Positions 10,668-21,303 of a DNA stretch of 64,000 bases are shown in pieces (within the stretch, counting starts at the first letter, position 1; each line of letters opens with the position of its first letter). The stretch comes from Hydrolagus colliei (lineage: Eukaryota). Below the pieces are notes generated by a model that was given only the letters and a program-made list of their open reading frames with translations, had not been told where the DNA came from and made no database searches. The DNA lies in NCBI GenBank assembly GCA_035084275.1, contig CM068755.1, positions 10,230,001 through 10,294,000 of the forward strand, read 5' to 3'. The position numbers and the translations under genes are program-made.

Positions 10668-10795
10668 AGAAAAGTTGCTGGGGAAACTCAGCAGGTCAAA
10701 CAGCATCCATGGAAAAGGGAAAAAGAGTCAACGTTTCGGGTCTGCAACCCTTCGTTGTTTCAGATTCCCAGCATCTGTAGTATTTTGTGTTTTAT
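10668..10795. repeat. Fragment of a shark-type palindromic interspersed repeat (class uncertain)
   Basis: GCTGGGGAAACTCAGCAGGTCAAACAGCATC...AACGTTTCGGGTC...TTTCAGATTCCCCAGCATCTGTAGTATTTTG resembles an abundant chondrichthyan repeat (recall only); internal TGCTGGGGAA/TTCCCCAGCA inverted pair. Confidence 0.5.
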
Positions 10796-12259
10796 CTTGG
10801 TGAAGATGCTGGTTCTGATATTATCACAGCTGAACAGGGCGTCCTTTGTTATCCTCACCTGTTGGTTGCTTTCATATGGAGTAAACGTGGCGATTGTAAT
10901 TTCCTTCCCCGAGGTTGAAAATATGCAAATAAACATAAATGTTTGATTATTCCTAATTGTATCTGCTGAGAGGAGTCCAATAGGATTTACAGGAGAACCT
11001 CCTTTCACATTCCACGCAGTTGCCATCTGTAAATCCTGGGATTTATCGAGAAATAAGATTTGATTAAAACAGCCTTTCAATATGAAATATGTTTTTTTTC
11101 ACAAGTATAAGTGTGTGTGGGGGGGGGGGGTTCCTGTAAGTCACCTCCGTAGATTCATGACATACACTTCAAAGCGAAATCACAAATAGCAAAGCCTCTA
11201 CCGCTAATTACATAGCGAAAAACAACATTACTGCTGGAATGCCACGCAGAAAACAGCTGCTTTTGCCACACAGAAGCTGAACTGGGAACGCCAGCAAATG
11301 TTAAGACGTAACCATCGCCGCACAAGTTCACGGCACCAACAGCCACTCTGGCGAGGACCACAGATAGAAAGTTTATATTCAATTTGCATTCATCGATTTT
11401 TTTTTTCGGTTTTGAAAAAAGCATTCCTGTGTGGCCAACTCCAATCTCATTGTATAAACGCAGGTATAAACATTGTATAAACGAAAGATATGAATCAAAG
11501 TATTTTTTCCTTCAATTAGATATTAGGAAGCATCGGAAACTTAAGTGTAAACTATTGACTTACAGACATCTGGTAATACGCTAGTTTTTTTTTACAAAAA
11601 AATGTGGGGCGGTAAGGTACGTGCAGATCGAGCAGATTTTATTGCAAAGACTTACAATATGTACATTATGACCAGACTCTCTGCACGTGGAGAGTAACAT
11701 GTCCACCTTTCCACGTTACACAGGACACTGGGGACCCAGCTCCGGCCGCATTCAGGTGGTAATCAAGACACGTCAGCTTTGTGTACAGCACCACGACTGT
11801 CTGACATTAGACAGGCGATCGACCTACACGTGAACAGATACCAATGAACCCCCCTCCCCCCCCACCCTCTCTAAAATTGGCCAATGTCTGTTTCAATTCA
11901 GATCCTCACCAGCGCCGAGAACAAAAGTTACACGAGAACAACTACACGAACGGGATTTTTCTATATTTAAAAAAATCCATCAGAAAACACAGCGTGAAAC
12001 ATTGTTAGTACAAAAAAAACCACACAACACGAAGTCATCAATTAATATGAAATATATTGTGAATGGTATATGTGTGTGTGGGGTGGGGTTGAGGAGAGAA
12101 TCGTAATGGAAATAACTGTCGCGGTTGTAGGAAAGAATATAGATGGAAAGTGTGAGCTGTTGGAGGGGCTGAATTCTGCAAGAAATTATGCGGGGACAGT
12201 CAGATGAGTGAGTGGGAGGGCGGGTGGGTGGACAGGTTGCTTTAACATGATCTGACATG

Positions 12260-13005
12260 GAGACGAGGAGGAATAAGAGAGGGAGAGAAGGGGGAGGAGA
12301 GGAGGAAAGGGGGGAAAAAGAGGGAGAGAGAAGAGGAAGAGGGTAGGAGAGGGGGGGGGGGGGGGAGGGGGGATGAAGTGAGGGGGAGGAGAAGAGAGGA
12401 GAAGGGATGGAGAGGATAAAAGTGGATGAGGAGAGTGGGGGGGGAGGAGGAGAAGAGGAGGGAAAGGGAGTAGGGGGAGAGGAAGAAGGGAAGAGAAGTG
12501 GAGGAGGAAGGGAAAAGAGGAGGGGGGAGAGGGTGGGAAGAGAAGGAGAAGAGGAAGGGAGGGAGAAGGGAAGGAGATGAGGAGGAGATGAGGAAGGGAG
12601 GAGCGAAGGGAAGAGGAGGACGAGGGGAGTAGGAAGGGAGGAGAGGAAGAGAGGAGGAAGGAGGGGGGGAAGGAGAGGAAGGTTGGAGGAGAGGAAGGAG
12701 AGGAAGGTTGGAGGAGAGGAAGGAGAGGAAGGTTGGAGGAGAGGAAGGAAAGGAAGGGAGGAGGAGAGAAAGGAAGGGAAGAGGAGAGAAAGGAAAGGAA
12801 GGGAGGAGGAGAGAAAGGAAGGGAGGAGGAGAGAAAGGAAAGGAGGAGGAGTGGAGGAGAGGCAGGAAGGGAGGAGAGGAGTAGAGAAAGGAAGGGAGGA
12901 GTGGAGGAGAGGCAGGAAGGGAGGAGAGGAGTAGAGAAAGGAAGGGAGGAGTGGAGTGGAGGAGAGTAAGGGAGGGAGGAGTGAAGGAGAGGATGACAGG
13001 GGGGG
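12260..13005 (+). repeat. About 750-bp GA-rich polypurine low-complexity tract with internal tandem units
   Basis: Almost only A/G on the + strand; roughly 25-nt unit x3 at about 12669-12745 and a roughly 51-nt unit x2 at about 12847-12950. Confidence 0.9.
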
Positions 13006-13019
13006 CAGGAGCCAGGGTT

Positions 13020-13200
13020 ACAATGTCGCTTTAAGGAGGTGGAGACATCGACTTGGCGACCAGAGCAGCCGGAGCCAATCAGGGCCGGGCTACGGGGGCC
13101 GCGCGCCGCCACAAAACCCTTTAAAGAACGCGCTCGGTGACGTCTCCCGGAGCCACACAATGGCGAAGTGAACGAGCCAGACAGACACCGAGACACAGAC
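13020..13200 (+). promoter_or_regulatory. CHSY1 CpG-island promoter
   Basis: CpG density rises sharply; CCAAT box 13075-13079, TTTAAA at about 13120, CRE-like TGACGTC 13138-13144, YY1-like AATGGCG 13159-13165. Confidence 0.65.
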
Positions 13201-13775
13201 AGACAGACAGGCGGAGAGACACAGAGACAGACAGACAGAGGGAGGGGAGGGAGGGAGGGGAGGAAGGAGAGATATTAGCGGGGAAGGATGAGGCGAGTTA
13301 ACGGGGCAGGCGAGGCGTGGGTCGGAGGGAGAGTGCAGCGAAGAGACGGGGCGTCGCGGACCGAGGCCGCGCCGTGATATGAAGCCCTTTCTTTCATTTC
13401 AGACAGAGGGAGGAGGAGAGGCGGCGGAGGCGGCGGCGGCAACAGCGGCAAGAGAACGGAAGGAAGCGCCTTCTCTTTCTTCGCCCGGTCCTGAAGTAGT
13501 TATGGTGTAAAGAGGTGGTGGGTAGGGGGAGGGGAGGGGAGGAAAGGAAGGAAAGAAGAGAGTGTGTGAGAGAGAGAGAGAGAGAAAATAGGTGGTGGGG
13601 GGGGGGGGGGGTTGGTGGAGGAGGAGAGGAAAGGCTCAGACTTGGTGAGGAATTAACACAGAGATAGACAGGGGGAGAGGAGGGAGGTGGTGGGGGGGGG
13701 GCGGGGGGGGGGAATACATTAAGCCCCCATTAAAAGCCAGGGAGCGGGAGGGAGGGCGAGGGGGGTGGGGGGGGG

Positions 13776-14651
13776 ATGGCTGGGAGGAGCCGCCGCTCCT
13801 GGCTAAGCGTGCTGTTGGGACTGGTGGTCGGGTTCACCCTCGCCTCCCGGCTCATTCTACCCCGGGCCACCGAGTTCACCAAGGGCCACCGGCGGAAAGT
13901 CAGCAGCGTGTGCCCTCACACGGCGAGGAAGGACTACGGCGGGGTGCTGGGCTGGCAGCCTCCGGGCAGCCTGAGCCTGGAGCCGGGAGGAGGAGGAGGA
14001 GGAGGCGGTGGGGGGGGTGGAGGTGGAGGCGATGAGGGCGAGGATGATGGAGGCGGCGACACGTTGGCGGTGGCGCCCAGATCCAGACACTTTCTCTACG
14101 TGGGGGTGATGAGCGCTCAGAAGTACCTGGGCAACCGGGCGGTGGCGGCTCATCAGACCTGGGCACAGGACATCCCGGGCACCGTGGAGTTCTTCTCCAG
14201 CGAAGGCTCCGACGTGTCGCTGCCCATTCCCCTGATCGCTCTGGCCGGGGTGGACGATTCGTACCCGCCGCAGAAGAAGTCCTTCATGATGCTCAAGTAC
14301 ATGCACGACCACTACCTGGACCGGTACGAGTGGTTCATGAGAGCCGACGACGACGTGTACATCCGGAGCGACAAGTTGGAGGCTTTCCTCCGGACCCTGA
14401 ACAGCAGCCAGCCCCTGTACTTGGGTCAGACCGGACTGGGCACGTCGGACGAGCTGGGCAAACTGGCCCTGGAGCCCGGGGAGAACTTCTGCATGGGCGG
14501 CCCCGGGGTCATCATGAGCCGGGAGGTGCTGCGCAGGATGGTGCCTCACATCGGGCAGTGCCTGGGGGAGATGTACACCACACACGAGGACGTGGAGGTG
14601 GGCAGATGTGTGCGGAGGTTCGCGGGCGTCCAGTGCGTTTGGTCGTACGAG
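13776..14651 (+). CDS. CHSY1: Chondroitin sulfate synthase 1 coding exon 1 (signal anchor plus Fringe-like/GT31 domain, 292 codons)
   Basis: MAGRSRRSWLSVLLGLVVGFTLASRL...DDSYPPQKKSFMMLKYMHDHYLD...RADDDVY...CVWSYE, then GAG|gtgagt phase-0 donor. Confidence 0.97.
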
Positions 14652-14701
14652 GTGAGTGTGGAGTGAGTGAGTGAAGAGTAAGTGAGTGAGTGAGTGAGTG
14701 A
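14652..14701 (+). repeat. (GTGA)n microsatellite starting at the CHSY1 intron donor
   Basis: GTGAGTGTGGAGTGAGTGAGTGAAGAGTAAGTGAGTGAGTGAGTGAGTGA read directly. Confidence 0.9.
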
Positions 14702-15118
14702 GGCTTGAGCAAAGGGGGTGATGGTGGAGGAGGACGCTTTCTCCTTCCCAGAGCCGCCTCTCTCTGAACTTTTAGTGGATCTCTTTTCTCTCTTTCTTTC
14801 TTCCCCGAACCCCCCCCCCCCCCCCCCCCAATTATATTTAGCAAATAACCCTTCAAACAAACTCTCTTTCCTTTCCCCCTCTTTATTTGCTCTCTCCCTC
14901 TCCTCCCCTGTCCATTTCACCACCACTGGTTCACTGGTGACAAACTCATTGAGATTTCCCCCCCCACTCATTGAGAGGGGATGTCTATTTATTTAGAACG
15001 AGGGCAAAACATTTTTTTTGTCTCTCCCTTTTGTTTTGGTTTATTTTGAAGCCCTCGACAAAGTTTAACACAGGAATGTAGCTGAAAAATCTTGAGAGCA
15101 AAGGTTATTATCTACGGT

Positions 15119-15427
15119 GTGGTTAGAGCACTCACCATACAAGCGTGAGACCTGTGTTCGAATCCAGGCAGGTCAGGGCGAAACCTTAGGCAAGTTTCCT
15201 TACTCCACACGCCTAATCATAATTCCTCCCAAAAAAAACCCACAATAATAATATTTGGTCATTTCAATCCACGACTGTTTGTGGGACACTGCTGTATGTA
15301 ATTGGCTGCCTCGTTTTGCCCAGAAGCGTACAGTCATTTCACTTTACAGTATATTCTGTGAAGTGCTTTGAGACATCTAGAAGACGTGAAAAGTGTTATG
15401 TCAAATGCCAGGATTATTATTATTATT
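15119..15427 (+). mobile_element. Near full-length tRNA-derived Deu-type SINE
   Basis: B box GTTCGAATCC, family core, (TTA)n tail. Confidence 0.9.
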
Positions 15428-17107
15428 GACCCTGCATTCCAATTTATTGAGAATACAATAGACTTGCAATCGGATGTGTACCTTACAAAGAAACGATCTG
15501 AGTTGCAGCATCTCTCTCTGTCTCTCTCTGGCTTTGTTACCGTGTGTGAGAGAGAGGGGGACAGCAAAATGTGATCAAGCAAGTTTGAGATGGACATTGG
15601 TTTTGTGTTTCCCTCTTCCCCGGTAAAACGTAGTGATGGGTGCTAAGTAATTACTGACTTAATCACGTGGGCTAAGGAGGTTTGAAATGTAACAAAGTGA
15701 AAGCTACTTTGCCTATTGTCTGAACAGTACTGATAAAGCAAAACAATAGCAAAAAAAACATTGCACGAGTCTACTAGATTTGGACATTAAACAAAGTGCA
15801 AATCGTTGATCTTCTCAGTGTCGAGGTTACCAGTAGGAAGAAAGCCAAATAAAATGCTGGCTCTTCGGTTCTTTATGCAAAATAAGCTGCTTGCTGGAGA
15901 CTGGAAACGTTTATGACTTTTTAACACATTACATTTTTACTTTTAGTGATCAAGATGGATGTGAACATATACTACTGTAAAGTAACAACTACAACAAAAT
16001 TACATCGATAGAGTAACTATTATGCAACTATTATGGATCCATTAATGACCTAATAGGCGAGAGGCGCACGCACCATTAATACAATACATATTGCCTCTAT
16101 CTTCTCTTGCTTTGGCAATGGATCCAATTTGGTTACAGTTTCCCTAATCCATTGTTGACTTTAGTAGAACACTTTTCAACATGAGTAAGGCGCTGGGTTA
16201 TCAGCTTTTGACAATCTAGGTTTGAATAAGGCATTGTTCATATCCTGGTGCAAAATAACTGGGATTGGATGCTGATGTGCGAGAAACGTGCCGGAAGCAT
16301 GCAAAACCATTTATTCTCACCCGAGAGAGAAGTTTTAATGTTTTTTCACCACCGTTCATTAGGACAAAGTCTTGCCTGAAACATTGAAATCTGATTTTTT
16401 CATACCCGCCTGGTTAAAGCCTGATGTGGATTTGTTTTCTTTATTTTCATAAATTTATAAATTTATTGCCTGAGGGAATTGGCTTAAAATGTTGGCATAT
16501 CTTTGATGAATATGCTATGCTTTTTCAAATGCTTCTAATTGCCTGATTTTTAGAATGTTCCCGAGCCTTCAGCACCTTGGGACATCTTCCCAACGTGAAA
16601 ACGTGCTATACAAACACAATTTTGTTGTTGTTTTATACCCTAGTTATTGTATCCTTAAAAAACACTGGTGTTGAGATAAGGGTTTGCCTAGCTAATGACA
16701 GGTTCTGCAGTGATTGCTTGCTGCAAGGAATTAACTTATTTATTAGTACTGCAATAACAAATTGAATGACTAGTTTTTACTTGGCATTAAAACTGAAGTG
16801 GCAGCAATTGAATGTTTGTTCTGAAACTACATTACAGTGTGAGTTGCATTGCACTACAGTGAGAATTTGGCAACATTTGGTCTGGTTTATGGGTACTTAA
16901 ATATCATCAACATTAAAAAGCTTCCTTGGTTATGAAAACTTGTTATCTTTCCAGGGGAGCTGCAAATAGTGTACTCTTTAAGGGCTTTTCTTTTGTTGCA
17001 GACTTGAATAATAGTGTGAATTAAGATATCTACTGCTGATATTTTAATATACCAGGGAGAGAATAAGAATCCCCGGTGATTAACTTTGGGACTGACATGC
17101 TACTAGC

Positions 17108-17709
17108 TGAGAAGCTATTGGCAAGAAAATGGCTGTTAGGGCCAAAGATTATACAACGAAACACTCCCTTCTAAATAGTCAGATGGATTGTGATGCTATA
17201 ATTTTGATCCCATACATTCTTATTTTCAAATATAAAACTCCATATATTGTACGCTATTACAAGGTTCGTAGTGAACTTCAATCATGGTGCATTTCAGTTT
17301 TTTTTAACCAGAGGAAGCAGATCAGAATCCCACCACAATGGCTACGTTAACTTCCGCTTTGAATACTCAAATGTGTTGTTACTCAAATAGGGCATTGAGG
17401 GGCGGCAAATATGTTCATAATTGCCGAATCGTGCTATAATAAGTAAGAGTTATAATCTCGAGCCCTATGGTGTATCAATAGTTAGTAGAATACATTGAAA
17501 AGGTCACTTATTGTGACCTGGCATAAGTGTAGGTGAGTAGGTATTTGTGATTTGACTTGAACCTAAATTTGGAGTTTAAATGGTAATGCTCTGGACATGC
17601 AGTGTACGTGCTAAATGTATACGAGTAGCATATCATACTCCGTGAGAAGCTATTGGCAAGAAAATATCTGTCAGGTCAAAGGATTATACCACAAAACATT
17701 TCCTTCTAA
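17108..17709 (+). repeat. 67-bp dispersed direct repeat (17108-17174 and 17643-17709)
   Basis: First 23 nt identical (TGAGAAGCTATTGGCAAGAAAAT); 57/67 ungapped identities by hand count. Confidence 0.85.
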
Positions 17710-18684
17710 GAGTCATTTTGCTGTGTTTTGGGTATGCATCAACAATTGCCCCCAAATCAGTTATGTCGCGTGCATTGGAAACTTAACTAGTTTTATATTC
17801 TTGAAAAAAAAGTTACCTTGCTGTGATCTTTTTCTTAGGAAGAAGCAAACTACAGTGAGGAATTGTAATCCAAATATTAGGAATTAATTTTGAATGGCTA
17901 AATAGTAAGGGGAGGGGGAAATATTGCAATTGAAAGTATTGATAGTCTGCTAGCTGCAAACGAAGAAAGGAATTTTTAAAATGTTTGTCCTTGGTTTTTC
18001 ATTAAATGGAATTGGATCTGAGGACTATGTTATGGAAGTTTTTGGAGCTTTGGGGATAAATTGTTACAAACATTCTCTGTTTCTGGTCCAGTACATTCTG
18101 TATCCACTGGTACTGTAATGGGGGACTTGGACATCCTCCCGAAGTGAAAGGCACTTTACAAATGTAATTTTGTATTGTATCCTCGATGAAGATTTGAATA
18201 GATTTTCAGTTGGATTATATTTCTCTTATTACTAGTACTTGCAGAAGTTCACCAGAACTGCTCTGGTATTGACTTAAGTTTTATTTGTTTGGAGATGATT
18301 TACTCCAATAAAAAGCTACAGACTTTCACAATTGTGTACCTGCTATGGACTTCAGCGACATATGCTCAAATCTTGTAATGTCTTACAGAAATAGAGCATA
18401 ATCTCTTTCTTCCCCCACCACCTACTTAATTAAACAGCGACTTAATTAGGTTTCTAGTTAAAACCAATTTCAGACTGGTGCAGAATGTGAAGGCCTTTAG
18501 ATGTCATTAATAAGAATGATGGATTAGATGTGCCACCTACAACATCACAATGTCTCAAGTGCTTTATACAAAATTGCGGTAGTGATTGGATGGAAGCAAA
18601 TTCCTCAGCCAGTTAGCGCACTAATTTCCTACAAAGACCAATTTAGCTAGACGAGAATTAGCTGGGACATAATAAAATCAAGAC

Positions 18685-18892
18685 AAAAATCTTTGCATTT
18701 GATATAGCGCCTCATCACGTCTTCAAAACATCTCAATGACATCTGAGAAGCCCTTCTAAAAAGCAATCTTTATCATCCTCCAACTGGCAGGGAACACCTC
18801 AGTTTAACATTTTATGTGAATGTGGGCACCTCTAATAATGGAGCGCTCTTCCTCCCTCATTCTCCCTACAACACTTCAGTGTCAGCCTCGAC
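18685..18892 (-). mobile_element. Older Deu-SINE relic
   Basis: TTGCATTTGATATAGCGCC tail; CTCAGTTTAACAT and GTGTCAGCCT blocks in reverse orientation. Confidence 0.6.
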
Positions 18893-20090
18893 TGATATTA
18901 CAATGATCGAATTTCATTATTAGACTTTCAGAGGTTCATGCCACATCTGAGCGATATTGAGTTGTCAAGCTTGGGTCTTTCTGTGCCTTTGAATTGGATG
19001 CTCCAGGACATTTGGCTGTTTTTGGTGCTTTGGATGTGTATTTTGTATACTTGGACATCAGGGATACCAGATGCTTGGCCATCCATTAGGAGGCCCAGTC
19101 CTACGTTTTGGCTCTACATCCTTCAGCATTTGTGATGAGGTTGGAATGTCTGTTGACTTCTAATTCCTTTGGGTTTTTATCACCAATTTTGGAATGGCAA
19201 ATACAAAAATTTGACTTATCGTAACACTTGTATTACTGGCAAAGGGTTCATGCTTTACGTGGCAATCAAGCATGTGCTCTTGCTTTGTGCCATAGTGGGT
19301 TTTTATAACTGTGAGAGGGCCCTGCTTTAGGTGCTATTCAAATGTAATTTGTTGTTGTTGGTTGTTTTACTTCCAAGTACAGTACAACAACAACTTTGAT
19401 TTAGACAGCACCTTCTTGCGGGATAGCGTTCCGGAGTACTTTAAAGTATCTGCTGGAACTGGACTGCCTTTTAAGATGAATGTAATATGTAATAATGGAG
19501 GTAACCATCTGTGTATTTCAACAACTTGTATATTATTATTGTTATATTACTTGTATTTATATAACGTCCTTCACATAGGGTAATGTCTCGGAATGCCTCA
19601 CAGTGGCAGGATTAGACGTTGATGGAGTATGTATGATCTTACATCAATTTATTGTACCTCAGAAACGTTGCCTTGCTAAAGGGTGATGTTCTTCAAATAC
19701 TGGTATAGTAAAGAAAGGTACGGAAAGGTCCAAAATCACATCAAATCTGTGTTTCAATTTATGGTTGCAGTGAGACTGTACATGAAAATGATTAACTGAA
19801 ACTTTCCTCTCACATTTCTCTTTTCTTCCGCTCTACCCCACCACCCACCTTTGTGTCAGCAATGTCTTTGCCTATGTGCATAGTTGACCTGTCAGCCATC
19901 CGGTTTACAGCTCTGTAGGTGGTGTTGGGAGGAAATTCCCCAAGAATTCCTGTTTCTACCACAGTTGTTTATAGTTGTAGATCCAAACATTAAAAAAAAT
20001 CGTATTATATAAAACTGTGCAACTGAGTATGTTGTCCCAAATAGAAACTCAAAGCGCGTGTGTGTATTTGTAACTAGAAATTTTAAACAT

Positions 20091-21303
20091 GGGAGTCTTG
20101 CAGCTCAGTGGTTAGAGCACTCGCCTTGCAAGCGAGAGACTCGGTTTCAATTCCTGGCAGGGCGAAACCTTGGGCAAGTTTCCTTGCTCTACACACCGAT
20201 AATAATCCCTCAAAAAAATTATAAATTGGTCACTTCAATTCGTGACTGTTTGTAGGACGCTGCTGTGAGCAATTGGCTGCCGTGTTTTGGCCACCAAATA
20301 TACAGGTAATTCACTGCAGTATATTCTGTGAAGCGCTTTGAGACATCTAGAAGTCATGAAAAGTACTACAGTAGAAGCCCGTTTATCTGGCACTCTCGCA
20401 ACCTGGCCAGTGCCGGTTAAAGCGCCTGCTGGATATTCGGCAGAAAACCCGACACAATGTTTTTTTACAAAAAATCATTTTTTAAAACATAGCATATTAA
20501 CAATAGACAAAATAATCATTTATATAATATATAAATAATAATTATAATCATTTTACACACAGCGACCAGGCAGTTCAGAGAGATCTTTAAACTAGTGCAA
20601 AAGTTACACGTCTGAATGACACTTCTTATTGGGGGCAGAAGAGAGGAAAGCAAACATGTTATTGAGAAAGCAGCCCCGCTGTCACTGTTCAGTTAACTTT
20701 CCTTCCAAATGATCCAAGGATCGGCATTGAAAGCAAACGTTTCATTTCACTTTTAAAGTTAGATTTGTTTTTAACATCAGACTGGGGTAAGGCGAGGTGC
20801 TGAGTATGTTTGTGATATACACTGCAGCTTCTCAAGCTTAAAAGGTATTTGTAAAATAAACCAGACTTGAGATGTGTTGCAGGGGTTTGTGTTTTTTTAA
20901 ATTTATTTATTTAATTTATTAAAATAAAAGCTAAGGCTATGATATGCATTGATCTGCAAGCTTTGCTTGTGTGTATGTGTTTTGCTGCTTTGTGGCTAAA
21001 TTAATGAACTCACTCTCCCTCCTCTCTCAAACCCGGAGAGCATACCTCTATACACTCTGCAGAATACTGTACCGGCAGCTTTCTGAGCCAGCGCCACTGT
21101 CAGGCACCTAGTAGCAGCATTCCAAAATTCTGACGCAACACAAAACACCAAAAAAAAATGCATTTTTCTGGATAAATTCTGGTTTATCGAATGCGGACCT
21201 TTTTTTTGCGGTGCCGGTTATACGGATGTTACGGTTGATCGGGTCACGGATAAATGGGCTTCTACATATATCAAATGCAAGGATTATTATTATTATTACT
21301 ATT
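20091..21303 (+). mobile_element. Full-length SINE (20091-20368 plus 21267-21303) interrupted by a DNA transposon
   Basis: The tail GAAAAGTACTA | TATCAAATGCAAGGATTATT is split by about 900 bp of foreign DNA. Confidence 0.9.
20369..21266. mobile_element. Non-autonomous Tc1/mariner-superfamily (Tigger/pogo-like) DNA transposon / MITE
   Basis: TIRs CAGTAGAAGCCCGTTTATC and GATAAATGGGCTTCTAC(A); TA duplication at 20367-20368 and 21267-21268; no transposase ORF. Confidence 0.88.

Noticed and set aside
13075-13095. Possible ERSE (CCAAT-N9-CCACG) in the CHSY1 promoter
   Set aside because: Sequence is CCAAT-N10-CTACG; both spacing and half-site are wrong.
12186-13196. 336-aa minus-strand ORF and overlapping E/R/K/G-rich plus-strand ORFs
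   Set aside because: They translate a polypurine/polypyrimidine tract that lacks stops by composition; no domain or plausible gene structure.
13857-14585. 242-aa antisense ORF and other alternative-frame ORFs over CHSY1 exon 1
   Set aside because: Expected shadow of a GC3-rich coding exon; no independent evidence.
20091-20165. tRNA-like cloverleafs (also at 8476, 9840, 29762, 50540)
   Set aside because: All are heads of the same SINE, continuous with its body and tail, with inconsistent anticodons; apparent compensatory stem changes are explained by CpG decay.
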